Part shown: positions 28,884 through 38,482 of the stretch, piece by piece | Layout of the letters: each line of letters starts with the position of its first letter | Numbering within the stretch: position 1 is the first letter of the stretch | Source: an uncultured Bacteroidales bacterium | Lineage (GTDB): Bacteria > Bacteroidota > Bacteroidia > Bacteroidales > UBA3824 | Length of the DNA: 64,000 nt | Direction: 5' to 3' | NCBI GenBank assembly: GCA_946624925.1 | Contig: CAMOSO010000072.1 | Location: forward strand, 9,029 to 73,028 | The notes under the pieces: model-generated | What the model was told of the DNA's origin: nothing | The model's database searches: none | What the model saw: only the letters and a program-made list of their open reading frames with translations | Translations under genes and position numbers: made by a program

Positions 28884-29779
28884 AGACCATTCTATATACA
28901 TTATTTTTTCTGTTGGCATTGGTTGCATCATGTTCGTATATTCACCGCGTACCAATGACACAATCGGGACAGAGTTACAAGGTAACCCCTGCAAAGATGC
29001 TTAAAGAGGCAAGTCAAATGAACTTATCTCAATTGGCTGAATTTTACAAAGAGAATCAATACATTTTTCTTAGGGATGCGATTGTTCAAAATGTATCATC
29101 ACAAGAATATAGTATTGACGACTTAAAAAACGCATCAAATCTCTTTTCTTATGATACACAAATCTATAATGTCATTCAAAAACGAATAACAGAACAGATA
29201 ATCAAAGAGGCAAACAATATGGATTTACCTCAAACAGCTGAGTTTTACAAAGAAAATAGATACGACATTCTCAGGGATTACATTATAGAACAAATATCAT
29301 CGGAGGAATACAGTCTTGAAGAGTTAAAGACTGCAGAATCTCTCTTTTACTATGACGAGCAAATACAGAGCAAACTACAAAAACATATTGCGTTAAAACA
29401 GGCAAGCATACTTGAAATGGTTTGCAACATGGATTTGCCTCAATTGGCTGAGTTTTACAAAGAAAACAGGTATGATTTCCTTGGAAACGCCATTAGCGAA
29501 AGTATGTCTTCGCTGGATGGTAGCATTGACGACCTCGAAGATGCTGCAACTCTTTTTAATTACGATTACCACATTTTCAACGTTATACAAAAACGGATAG
29601 AAGAAAAAGAAGAACAACAACGCAAATTGTATGCTACAATTTATTATCAAAATTGTGATAGTTTACTTACAGCATTAGAAATAATCATTTCAAATGACGT
29701 TGCACAATACATCGGCGAACTTGTTTCCTCTACATTGGTTGACAATATTTTTGAGGAAGACCTGCCTGAAGAAAAATGA
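28880..29779 (+). CDS. Lipoprotein built from three ~70-aa tandem repeats
   Basis: Lipobox LALVASCS. Repeats M(N/D)L(S/P)Q(L/T)AEFYKEN(Q/R)Y..L.......S.(E/D)(Y/G)S(I/L)(D/E)(D/E)L(K/E).A..LF.YD..I....QK.I occur three times. Confidence 0.6.
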   Translation: MKTILYTLFFLLALVASCSYIHRVPMTQSGQSYKVTPAKMLKEASQMNLSQLAEFYKENQYIFLRDAIVQNVSSQEYSIDDLKNASNLFSYDTQIYNVIQKRITEQIIKEANNMDLPQTAEFYKENRYDILRDYIIEQISSEEYSLEELKTAESLFYYDEQIQSKLQKHIALKQASILEMVCNMDLPQLAEFYKENRYDFLGNAISESMSSLDGSIDDLEDAATLFNYDYHIFNVIQKRIEEKEEQQRKLYATIYYQNCDSLLTALEIIISNDVAQYIGELVSSTLVDNIFEEDLPEEK

Positions 29780-29842
29780 GAAATAAACCAAAAGGCTAAC
29801 AATTGGATAAAAGCATACAATAATAAAATTAACGCCAAAATT

Positions 29843-30298
29843 ATGTCGTTGTACAAGCAATTTACGGATGATGAAATAATCACAAGACGCAAATTAGCGG
29901 ACAAATACAACATGTCCTATTATGTACGATACGAAATCGACATTACTGACATAGTGCAAACTGCGACGGAGAGGTATCCTCATCCCAATAACACCTATCC
30001 CGAATTATACTTAATATCCGACAAACAAAATTCTACGGATTGGCTTGGATGGGGCTTAACTGCAGCCGAACTCATAAGTGGCGTGATACCTGGCGGACAG
30101 CCAATTGCCGCAGGAATTGGTCTGTTCAGTGCTGGACGAGATGCAAAAAATCTCTATAATTATCGTGAAGAAATGAAAAAATATGGCACAAAAGTATCTG
30201 AAAAAATATTTAATGAATTGCAAGACGAAAGTGAAAAAAAGATCCAATATATCAGCAATAGTATTAAATACAAACTAAAATTACAATTAGGAATATGA
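29843..30298 (+). CDS. Hypothetical protein with a central glycine-zipper-like hydrophobic segment
   Basis: WLGWGLTAAELISGVIPGGQPIAAGIGLFSAG is flanked by charged helices. No family recognised. Confidence 0.5.
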   Translation: MSLYKQFTDDEIITRRKLADKYNMSYYVRYEIDITDIVQTATERYPHPNNTYPELYLISDKQNSTDWLGWGLTAAELISGVIPGGQPIAAGIGLFSAGRDAKNLYNYREEMKKYGTKVSEKIFNELQDESEKKIQYISNSIKYKLKLQLGI

Positions 30299-30726
30299 AA
30301 ACACTCTACATCATAACATTGTCATTGCTAATGCTACTATACACATCGGCAGGCTACGCGTCAAATACAACACCGGTTACCTCTGACACAATGGAAGTTT
30401 GTGGACCAGGTCCAATTGGGAAAGCATTAGCAAAGTTTCTCAAACCGTACATCAAAAAAAGTGTCAATGAACTCGTGAAAAGGAACATTGTAAGCAAAGC
30501 TGCAGGTAAAAAAATCAGCCGAACTATTATCGGATGCACCACCGTATCAGGGATCTGCAAGTTAGCGCAATCAAATCTTGATGCGGAAAATCTCTTTAGC
30601 ATGGGAAAATCTAGCATACAATATGGCTATGAAACATTCATACAGCCTCATGAAATTTCCACGCAGGTCAAATCCAATATGCGAGAATACCTGCAAAGAT
30701 ACAAAGAAGAACATCAAATCGAATAA
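30295..30726 (+). CDS. Secreted hypothetical protein (143 aa)
   Basis: Signal peptide MKTLYIITLSLLMLLYTSAGYA. ATGA overlap with the preceding gene. Confidence 0.5.
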   Translation: MKTLYIITLSLLMLLYTSAGYASNTTPVTSDTMEVCGPGPIGKALAKFLKPYIKKSVNELVKRNIVSKAAGKKISRTIIGCTTVSGICKLAQSNLDAENLFSMGKSSIQYGYETFIQPHEISTQVKSNMREYLQRYKEEHQIE

Positions 30727-31137
30727 ATGACTTTGAAATCCGCATCATTCGCACCAACGGCACACTTCTTAGTCTTAAAACCAAAGTGACCGTAACCTAC
30801 AAGCAGCACGTCTCCAACCCCGTTTTACAACGGCGTGGTAGAAGTCAAGGAAGCGTATATGCGGCTGTATGGTTTTGATTACAAAAACAACTTTTCCGTT
30901 TATAGCGTGCGGAAATCATCAAAAAAATGCACATTTCCGCACGGTATAAACGGAAATTCACCTAAAATCTACATATTTTTTCAACGCCTCAAACATATAG
31001 AATCCTACCACTTTACACAAAAATTGCTCAAACGATACTACCAACTTATAAAAAACAACGCTAAAAAAAACATTTGCACATCTCCCCAAAAAAACGTACC
31101 TTTGCGCCGTCTTATATAAGAAAACACATTTTCGAAA

Positions 31138-32310
31138 ATGGAAGAAAACCTTCGGTACGGGCAGCGCGGCGTATCGGCATCAAAGACCGACGTCCACAAC
31201 GCCATCAAAAACATAGACAAGGGCGTGTTTCCAAACGCCTTTTGCAAAATCGTCCCCGACATCCTTGCCGGCGACCCGGAATATTGCGTCATAATGCACG
31301 CCGACGGCGCGGGCACCAAATCGTCCCTCGCATACGCATATTGGAAAGAGACCGGCGACATGTCGGTATGGCGCGGCATAGCGCAAGATTCGCTCATAAT
31401 GAACGTTGACGACCTGATATGCGTAGGCGCAACAGACAACATATTAGTAAGTTCCACAATCGGACGCAATGCCAACCTCATCCCCGGCTCCGTAATCTCC
31501 GAACTCATCAACTCCACCGACTCCCTGATGTCAACCTTGCGCGAGCACGGCATCGAAATCTACGGCACGGGCGGCGAGACAGCAGACGTCGGCGACCTCG
31601 TGAGGACAATTATCGTCGATAGCACAGTAACCTGCCGCATGAAACGCAGCGACGTCATCGAGTGCCACATAAAGCCCGGAGACGTCATAGTGGGACTATC
31701 ATCCTCAGGACAAGCCACTTACGAAACCGAATACAACGGCGGCATGGGCAGCAACGGCCTTACATCAGCCCGCCACGACGTTTTCAACAAAAACGTCGCT
31801 CAAAAATACCCCGAAACCTACGACCACGCAATCCCCGAAGACCTCGTGTATTCGGGCGATTACAACCTCACCGACCCAGTGTCTGGTCTCGACGGCATCA
31901 CCGCCGGCAAACTTGTACTCAGCCCCACACGCACATACGCACCGATAGTTAAACAAATACTTCAACATCACCGCTCCAAAATCCATGCGATGATACACTG
32001 TTCGGGCGGTGCGCAGACCAAAGTGCTCAATTTCATTGGCAACGACATACACGTCATCAAAGACAACCTCTTTGCCACCCCGCCGCTCTTCCAAATGATT
32101 CAGCAACAGAGCCATACGCCGTGGCGCGAGATGTACAAAGTCTTCAACATGGGACACCGTTTTGAAGTCTATACCGACCAAGAGACCGCGCAGGAAGTCA
32201 TCAAAATATCTAAGACATTCAACGTGGACGCGCAGATAATCGGACGCTGCGAAGCATCTGACAAAAAGCAAGTTACCGTCAAGAGCGAGCACGGCGAATT
32301 TAATTATTGA
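31138..32310 (+). CDS. purM: AIR synthase-related protein (phosphoribosylformylglycinamidine cyclo-ligase, Bacteroidota long form)
   Basis: PurM-like N and C domains (DGAGTKS..., GGETAD...). A TAccTTTG box lies upstream. Confidence 0.7.
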   Translation: MEENLRYGQRGVSASKTDVHNAIKNIDKGVFPNAFCKIVPDILAGDPEYCVIMHADGAGTKSSLAYAYWKETGDMSVWRGIAQDSLIMNVDDLICVGATDNILVSSTIGRNANLIPGSVISELINSTDSLMSTLREHGIEIYGTGGETADVGDLVRTIIVDSTVTCRMKRSDVIECHIKPGDVIVGLSSSGQATYETEYNGGMGSNGLTSARHDVFNKNVAQKYPETYDHAIPEDLVYSGDYNLTDPVSGLDGITAGKLVLSPTRTYAPIVKQILQHHRSKIHAMIHCSGGAQTKVLNFIGNDIHVIKDNLFATPPLFQMIQQQSHTPWREMYKVFNMGHRFEVYTDQETAQEVIKISKTFNVDAQIIGRCEASDKKQVTVKSEHGEFNY

Positions 32311-32333
32311 TTACAACAAAAAACACCATACAA

Positions 32334-33425
32334 ATGGCAGAAAACCTTATACTTACCAAACTCGAAGGCGTCAAGCAACGTTTTGAAGAAGTATCGGCAC
32401 AAGTAAACTCCCCCGACGCGATGGCAGACATGAAAAAATACGTCGCGCTCAATAAGGAGTTCAAGGACTTGGAGCCGCTCATCAAGACCTACGACGACTA
32501 CAAGACAATGCTTGCCAACATCGAGGAGGCCAAAGCGATACTCCGCGACGAAAAAGACGAGGAAATGCGCGAAATGGCAAAAGAGGAACTCGACGAACTC
32601 GTAAACGCCCTCCCCGCCCGCGAGGAGGAAATCAAGCTAATGCTCCTGCCCAAAGACCCCGAGGACGACAAAAACGCAATCGTGGAAATCCGTGGCGGCA
32701 CAGGCGGCGACGAAGCGGCCATCTTTGCCGGCGACCTATTCCGCATGTACTCCAAATACTGCGAAAAACGCCGTTGGAAAATCGAAATCACCCGAATGAC
32801 CGAAGGCACAATGGGCGGCTACAAGGAAATCGTATTTACCGTATCCTCCAGCACCGACGGTGTCTATGGCATACTCAAATACGAATCGGGCGTACACCGC
32901 GTGCAGCGCGTGCCTCAGACCGAGACACAGGGACGCATCCACACCTCGGCGGCGTCGGTGGTAGTATTGCCGGAAGCCGGAGAGTTTGACGTGGACCTCA
33001 AGGAATCCGACATCCGCAAAGACACCTACTGTTCGTCGGGTCCGGGCGGCCAGAGCGTCAATACCACATACTCCGCAATACGCCTTACGCACATCCCGAC
33101 GGGATTGGTGGTAACGTGCCAGGACGAAAAATCGCAAATCAAAAACCTCGAAAAAGCCATGCGCGAACTCCGCTCGCGTCTCTACGCCATCGAGTACCAA
33201 AAGTATTTGGACAAAGTGGGTTCGCAGCGCAAGACGATGGTCTCCACCGGCGACCGCAGTGCCAAAATCCGCACCTACAACTATCCACAGTCGCGAGTTA
33301 CCGACCACCGCATCAACCTCACGCTCTACAACCTGCCGATAGTGATGGACGGCGAAATCGACGAGCTCATCGAAAAACTCCAAATCGCCGAAAACGCCGA
33401 ACGCCTCAAAGCAAGCGGAATGTAA
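32334..33425 (+). CDS. prfA: Peptide chain release factor 1
   Basis: GGQSVNTT (GGQ motif) and the PxT-type recognition loop [15 protein letters not shown]. Start trimmed to MAENLIL. Confidence 0.9.
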   Translation: MAENLILTKLEGVKQRFEEVSAQVNSPDAMADMKKYVALNKEFKDLEPLIKTYDDYKTMLANIEEAKAILRDEKDEEMREMAKEELDELVNALPAREEEIKLMLLPKDPEDDKNAIVEIRGGTGGDEAAIFAGDLFRMYSKYCEKRRWKIEITRMTEGTMGGYKEIVFTVSSSTDGVYGILKYESGVHRVQRVPQTETQGRIHTSAASVVVLPEAGEFDVDLKESDIRKDTYCSSGPGGQSVNTTYSAIRLTHIPTGLVVTCQDEKSQIKNLEKAMRELRSRLYAIEYQKYLDKVGSQRKTMVSTGDRSAKIRTYNYPQSRVTDHRINLTLYNLPIVMDGEIDELIEKLQIAENAERLKASGM

Positions 33426-33437
33426 AATTTATAAACA

Positions 33438-33524
33438 AAAATTACCGTCAATTACACAAAAATTACCGTCAATTTTTAATAAGGAAATTGACGGTAATTG
33501 ACGAAAAAATTCACGGTAATTTTC
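33438..33524. repeat. Nested palindrome: two direct copies of AAATTACCGTCAATT followed by two inverted copies
   Basis: Copies at 33438-53, 33458-75, 33485-99 (inverted) and 33508-24 (inverted, 1 mismatch). Predicted to form an ~85-nt two-tier hairpin between prfA and pyrF. Confidence 0.7.
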
Positions 33525-33589
33525 GTTTAAGAAAAAAGACCGCCGCAAGGTGGTCGCCAACTCCAAAAACAATTTTAACGTTTACCGTT

Positions 33590-34423
33590 ATGAACTACCG
33601 CGACATATACAACAAGATTCAGAAGAAGAACTCGTTTCTTTGCGTTGGTCTTGACACCGACATCACCAAGATCCCCGAATTTTTGCTCAAAGAGGACGAC
33701 CCGATATTTGCCTTCAACAAGGCGATAATCGACGCCACGCAGGAATACGCCGTTTCTTACAAGCCCAATACTGCCTTTTACGAATCGTTGGGCTCAAAGG
33801 GCTGGCAGTCGCTCCAAAAGACCGCCGAATACATCAAGAAGACCTATCCGGGCATCTTCCTCATCGCCGACTGCAAGAGGGGCGACATAGGCAATACCTG
33901 CAAGATGTACGCAAAAACTTTCTTCGACCAAATGCCCTTCGACGCGGTAACCCTCTCGCCATACATGGGCAAAGATTCAGTTGCGCCGTTCCTCGAATAC
34001 AAGGACAAATGGGCAATAATCCTCGCCCTTACATCCAACCCGTCGGCATCCGACTACCAGATAATCCAGGAGAAGGAGTCAAACGAGTACATTTTTGAGA
34101 AGACCTTGAAATTTGGCCAGCGTTGGGGCAACACCGACCAGATAATGTTTGTATGCGGCGCCACGCAGGCGTACAAACTCCAACAAGTGCGCAAGATAGC
34201 CCCCGACAACTTCCTCCTCGTCCCCGGCGTAGGCGCACAAGGCGGCAGCCTGGAAGACGTAGCAACATTTGGAATGAACGACAGCTGCGGCCTCATCGTC
34301 AACTCGTCCCGTGGCATCATCTACGCCTCCAATGGCACCGACTTCGCCGAAAAAGCCGGCGAAAAGGCACAGGAACTCGCCGCGCAGATGAAGGCATTGT
34401 TGGAGAAGAACAAGGAAAAGTAA
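33590..34423 (+). CDS. pyrF: Orotidine 5'-phosphate decarboxylase (type 2)
   Basis: [24 protein letters not shown]...[11 protein letters not shown]... The long upstream in-frame extension in the ORF track is not coding. Confidence 0.9.
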   Translation: MNYRDIYNKIQKKNSFLCVGLDTDITKIPEFLLKEDDPIFAFNKAIIDATQEYAVSYKPNTAFYESLGSKGWQSLQKTAEYIKKTYPGIFLIADCKRGDIGNTCKMYAKTFFDQMPFDAVTLSPYMGKDSVAPFLEYKDKWAIILALTSNPSASDYQIIQEKESNEYIFEKTLKFGQRWGNTDQIMFVCGATQAYKLQQVRKIAPDNFLLVPGVGAQGGSLEDVATFGMNDSCGLIVNSSRGIIYASNGTDFAEKAGEKAQELAAQMKALLEKNKEK

Positions 34424-34445
34424 AAGGTTTTTTCATCCAAAATTC

Positions 34446-34495
34446 AACAACGTCCATTGTCATTATTAATATATGATAATGGACGTTGTTTTGTT
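34446..34495. terminator. Bidirectional hairpin terminator between convergent pyrF and the MATE gene
   Basis: AACAACGTCCATT / AATGGACGTTGTT 13-bp stem with T-rich flanks. Confidence 0.65.
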
Positions 34496-34502
34496 ATTAA
34501 CG

Positions 34503-35894
34503 TTAGGGATGTACTTCATAATTTTTTAGCTGACTCTTACTGTGTTGCGACACAATTACAATCGTCAAAAACGTCAGAAATTCAGACATCGGCACGGCGA
34601 GCCACAAGCCCTTTTCGCCCATGATTTGCGGCATTATTATGAAACACGGAATCATAAACAGAAGTCCGCGCAGGGTCATGTAGATAATCGCCTTTTTGAT
34701 TTTTTCGATGCTTTGATAGTAACCGATTAGCACGAGATTGAGCGTGAAAAACAGAAAACTCACCGCGAAGTAAGGCAATCCGTTTGCTGCGATTTCAAAG
34801 GCGTTGCTTCCTTGGGTCAAAAAAAGTTGCAATATCGGGCGGCAACATACGATTGTGAGTGCAGTAATCACAACTCCACACGCAAGTCCAAATACCACAG
34901 AGAGTTTCAGCGTCTTGGAAACCCTTGCCGCAATGCCTTTGCCGTGATTGAAACTGATGATTGGCAATGCCGATTGCGAAATTGCATTTCCAAACATAAA
35001 AACGAGCGGAAACAGGTAACACGCCACGCTGTACGCCGCCACGCCGTCTTCATGCAGCAATTTCATAAACTGAAAGTTGCCAGCCATAATCATCAGCATG
35101 ATAGCGAGTTCGCCTATAAGTCCCGACATTCCCACTTTTGCCATGTAGCCGACGTTTCGTATGGTCAAGTGCAAGCTCGTGTTGGTGAATTTTAGGCGGT
35201 AGAATTTGATGGTTTTTGAAAATTTCCAAAAATACACCGCCACCATTATCGAGCCTATTACCTGCGCAATCGACGTTGCGAGAGCAGCGCCTTTGAGTCC
35301 CATTTGCAACGGAAAGACAAAGATATAGTCGAGAATGATGTTGAGCACCGACGGCACTACATTGGTGAGCATTGCGTATTTTGGCGAGCCGTCAAGCCTG
35401 ATGATAAACATGCCCGCCATCGTGAACGAAAACACAAAGACGCACGGCAATCCGTAATAAAAATATGTCTTGACGAGCGGCATGAGTTTTTCTGAGCCGC
35501 CAAACATTTTGGCAGTCAATTCCGGAAATATGTACACAAACGTGCAAACCACCGCCATCAATGCTGTTGACACTGTAACGGCTTGTGTAACATTGATATT
35601 GGCGGCCTTGACGTTGTTTTTGGCGAGATGTATTGCAGCCACCACCGATGCGCCTGTGCCGGTAAGGAGCGCGAGGCCTGTCCCAATGAGGAAAATTGGC
35701 GCGGCGATGTTGACCGCCGCCAAAGCGTCGCTGCCAACGCCTTTGCCCACAAAAATACCGTCGGCAATATTCAACGCCGCTCCAAACAGCAATCCCAAAA
35801 GCGTCGGCACAAACAATTTGAAAAACAACGGCGCAATGTCCGTCTTCTCAAAATCAATAGAATCTCTTTGCATGGTCGTGAAAAATTTGCGCAA
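34503..35894 (-). CDS. MATE-family efflux transporter
   Basis: 12 TM helices and a MATE-type N-terminus (...APLFFKLFVPTLLGLLFGAALNIADGIFVGKGVGSDALAAVNIA). Confidence 0.85.
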   Translation of the reverse strand: MRKFFTTMQRDSIDFEKTDIAPLFFKLFVPTLLGLLFGAALNIADGIFVGKGVGSDALAAVNIAAPIFLIGTGLALLTGTGASVVAAIHLAKNNVKAANINVTQAVTVSTALMAVVCTFVYIFPELTAKMFGGSEKLMPLVKTYFYYGLPCVFVFSFTMAGMFIIRLDGSPKYAMLTNVVPSVLNIILDYIFVFPLQMGLKGAALATSIAQVIGSIMVAVYFWKFSKTIKFYRLKFTNTSLHLTIRNVGYMAKVGMSGLIGELAIMLMIMAGNFQFMKLLHEDGVAAYSVACYLFPLVFMFGNAISQSALPIISFNHGKGIAARVSKTLKLSVVFGLACGVVITALTIVCCRPILQLFLTQGSNAFEIAANGLPYFAVSFLFFTLNLVLIGYYQSIEKIKKAIIYMTLRGLLFMIPCFIIMPQIMGEKGLWLAVPMSEFLTFLTIVIVSQHSKSQLKNYEVHP

Positions 35895-35935
35895 AGATAC
35901 GAAGATTTTGTGGGATTTAGGGGAGATTAATTGCT

Positions 35936-36393
35936 TTATCTTTGGGGGTGTATGTTGAATCTCTTTTGAATAAATTGACGTTCTTTAATTACTTCAAGCA
36001 TTCCGTCAGATGCGCCGCCTGCCTTTGCCATTGCATAAAGGGTGATTTTTGTATCCTCGCCAGCTTTTTCTGTCTGACGTTTGGCTTGTGTCCAAGCCTT
36101 GTCGTAAGAAAGGTCAGAAAGTTTGTATGAGTTAATATCCATGCAATTTGCAATCCACTTGTCGAGTATTTCAGTGTTTGATTCCGAAAGTTCGTCCAAA
36201 TCGCAATTTGCGCCGTCGGCAAGTTTTATAAGTTGGTGTTTGTTGTCTTCGACAGTCCCCACACTATAAGATATTCCTGTTGAGCAATATACATTATCTT
36301 AAAGAGGTGTATATAGACCAACCCTTGCGGCACTTTTTTGAGTATGTATGCCACAATAGCCTGAATTTTAGACATTTGGTCTTTTGATTTCAT
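35936..36393 (-). pseudogene. Possible frameshifted Panacea/SocA-like (DUF4065) antitoxin-domain gene
   Basis: A 55-codon ORF from the ATG at 36393 (MKSKDQMSKIQAIVAYILKKVPQGLVYIHLFKIMYIAQQEYLIVWG...) runs into the 108-aa ORF 35936-36262 in another frame near a GGGG run (~36258-36262). The N-terminal part has the Panacea-like K..K.(L/M)Y.AQ pattern. The middle GPV block is not recognisable. Confidence 0.35.
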
Positions 36394-36490
36394 TACTTTT
36401 GCGTTTATAATGGCGATGCACTATGAGTGAAATATTTTGGATTAGCAAAGATTTTTTTGTGATTTTTTTTTCATTGTAAAAAAAATGTTT

Positions 36491-36681
36491 TAATTTTGCC
36501 ATCGGTATTGGGTGCAATAATCCCCAATGCTGACATACAATTTTATTGGAAGTGTTATGACTTTCTTCAATTGAGAACTTAGGAACTTTTCAGGATACAG
36601 AAAGCATAACAGCCAACCCGTATGGGCGTGGACTGTTATTGCCATATCGTATCCTCGGTTTCCTAAGACCTTCAATTGAGA
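36491..36681 (+). ncRNA. Candidate small RNA: -7 box, short hairpin, then a ~90-nt irregular hairpin bracketed by 12-bp direct repeats
   Basis: TAatTTTG at 36491-98. Hairpin ATTGGG/CCCAAT. Long hairpin 36578-36667 (CTTAGGAA/TTCCTAAG, AGGATAC/GTATCCT, GCATAACAG/CTGTTATTGC). Direct repeats CTTCAATTGAGA at 36565-76 and 36670-81. Confidence 0.35.
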
Positions 36682-36798
36682 TATGGAGTTGGATTGCATA
36701 ATCAACAACAATACAGTTCCACGCTCCGCGTTTATACCATCCTGAATAATTGCGTTGTCAAAATAACAATTTTGTTTAACATTAAAATATTTACAATT

Positions 36799-37479
36799 AT
36801 GAAAAAGATTTTTGTATTAATTGCTATTGTAATGCTTTCAGTTGCATCTTATGCTCAGACAACTAATGACGATTTTGGAACGTTTGAGAAGGTCGTACAA
36901 GTTGAGTTGTCTAAGGCAGCTCTGTGGAGAAACCTCAAGACGTGGGTGTCAACATCATTCAGAAGTTATAAGCATACTGTTGATGTGGAAGATCAAGAAA
37001 CGGGAACTCTAATCTTGAAGTTTTCATCAAGTCAGATTTGTACACGTGGAGTTGATGAAAACATATCAGCAACATTGAAAATTGATGTTAGAGACAATAA
37101 GTTTAGATACAAGATTTTCGATGTCAATTTTGGATTAACACCCAATAGTGTGGCGAATCCAACAACAATTCGATTCTTGCCAACGGAAGAGATAAAGAGC
37201 ATTCGTAATACGCTTGAAGCATCGGAGACGGTGCTTCGCGAGGGAACAAAGATAAACAATTCCTTTGAAGAAAGAGTTAAAAAGGCTAAGGAAGTTTCAG
37301 AGAGCACACCTCAATACAAAAGCGCAAAGGACGAGAAAAAAGGCCGTATAAGCGATGACTATCAAATTGCCAAAGCAAAATATGACATACTATTGAGTAT
37401 AGAGGTAAATTTTCATATACTCAAGGATAAGATTTCTGGGTCATTAGAAAAGTCATTAAACACGAATGATGATTTCTAA
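36799..37479 (+). CDS. DUF4468-like secreted protein with a C-terminal charged helical tail
   Basis: Signal peptide MKKIFVLIAIVMLSVASYAQ. The pattern ...LWRNLKTWVSTSF...TLILKFSS...KFRYKIFDV is typical of DUF4468. Confidence 0.55.
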   Translation: MKKIFVLIAIVMLSVASYAQTTNDDFGTFEKVVQVELSKAALWRNLKTWVSTSFRSYKHTVDVEDQETGTLILKFSSSQICTRGVDENISATLKIDVRDNKFRYKIFDVNFGLTPNSVANPTTIRFLPTEEIKSIRNTLEASETVLREGTKINNSFEERVKKAKEVSESTPQYKSAKDEKKGRISDDYQIAKAKYDILLSIEVNFHILKDKISGSLEKSLNTNDDF

Positions 37480-37492
37480 GAAATATGATATG

Positions 37493-37536
37493 CGATGCCA
37501 TTGACGTTCATTTATCTACAATGGCATCGTTTTTTG
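37493..37536 (+). terminator. Rho-independent terminator
   Basis: CGATGCCATTG / CAATGGCATCG 11-bp stem plus a T6 run. Confidence 0.75.
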
Positions 37537-37660
37537 TATAATTTCACGCTTTATGGGTTTTAATTTTAAGCCTATCCTAAAAAAAACAAATTATAGTTTG
37601 TTGTTACATTTTTTGTTTGTAACTTTGGCGTTGTTAAATAACAGTATGTTTGAAACTAAA

Positions 37661-38482
37661 ATGAAAAACATTAACTTGTTGATAAATAGTTGTTTGATTG
37701 TAGCCACTATACTATGTTCGTGTAGCGGCAACCAAACTCGTTCTCAAAACACAGCACAAAATAACAACAACGATTACTATGTTAATATGCAATTTGTGGA
37801 GGAGTTGCAAAAGACAGTTTTCTCAATTGATGAAAATACAGATTGGAATAAGCCATTGTATTCAATTGGAGAAGATAATGATACAATCGAAAAATGGACT
37901 TATCTCAGTACAGACAGCGGATTATGCGTCATTCATAAAGTGCTACCTGGCTCATTTTATAGAGAAGAAATGGACAAAACAATATATGACAAAAGTAATC
38001 GCCTTATCGCCAAAGAGATAAGTAATAAAAATGGCATTTACTTCACCATAAAATATTATTACGATGGAAACGTTAGAATCGGCAATGGGAAAAGGAACTT
38101 GGGATGCTATGACGTCGATGTAAAGGAGATTGCTTACTTTTTAGACAGTTCATTCAAATATGATACATTAACTCAATCATTTATGGGAGTTAATGATGTT
38201 TCAATGGAAATAACAGATTATCAAAAATCAAAATACGAAAAGATTGGGAACGAATACAGAATTGTTGAGAAACGTTTTTACTCAGCCCCCAATGACACAG
38301 TTTCATTTAAAATAGTAGACAAGCGCATTTACAGGTATAATTCTCAGAATCTTCTTGTAGGAGAATGCGATAGGAATGCGGGTGAATACGGGACTAAAAG
38401 ATTCTATTACAAAGATAACACTATGGAATGGGGCAATACAGGAGTGGGGGCAACGATTTATTATGACAAAAAAAATGAGTAA
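37661..38482 (+). CDS. Hypothetical lipoprotein
   Basis: Start trimmed to the lipoprotein signal MKNINLLINSCLIVATILCSC. No family recognised. Confidence 0.55.
   Translation: MKNINLLINSCLIVATILCSCSGNQTRSQNTAQNNNNDYYVNMQFVEELQKTVFSIDENTDWNKPLYSIGEDNDTIEKWTYLSTDSGLCVIHKVLPGSFYREEMDKTIYDKSNRLIAKEISNKNGIYFTIKYYYDGNVRIGNGKRNLGCYDVDVKEIAYFLDSSFKYDTLTQSFMGVNDVSMEITDYQKSKYEKIGNEYRIVEKRFYSAPNDTVSFKIVDKRIYRYNSQNLLVGECDRNAGEYGTKRFYYKDNTMEWGNTGVGATIYYDKKNE

Noticed and set aside
30729-31119. Possible gene remnant (…DFEIRIIRTNGTLLSLKTKVTVTYKQHVSNPV…, then in another frame …VEVKEAYMRLYGFDYKNNF) and the 94-aa ORF 30835-31119
   Set aside because: The GC-richer stretch right after the AT-rich operon could be the tail of a disrupted gene. 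I cannot assign a family, there is no start, and the 94-aa ORF runs through the purM promoter. The support is not enough to annotate it.
33116-33589. 5' extension of the pyrF ORF (the track gives 435 aa starting inside prfA)
   Set aside because: The extension overlaps prfA in another frame and crosses the palindromic intergenic repeat. The recognisable PyrF N-terminus (MNYRDIYNK...LCVGLDTD) starts at 33590.
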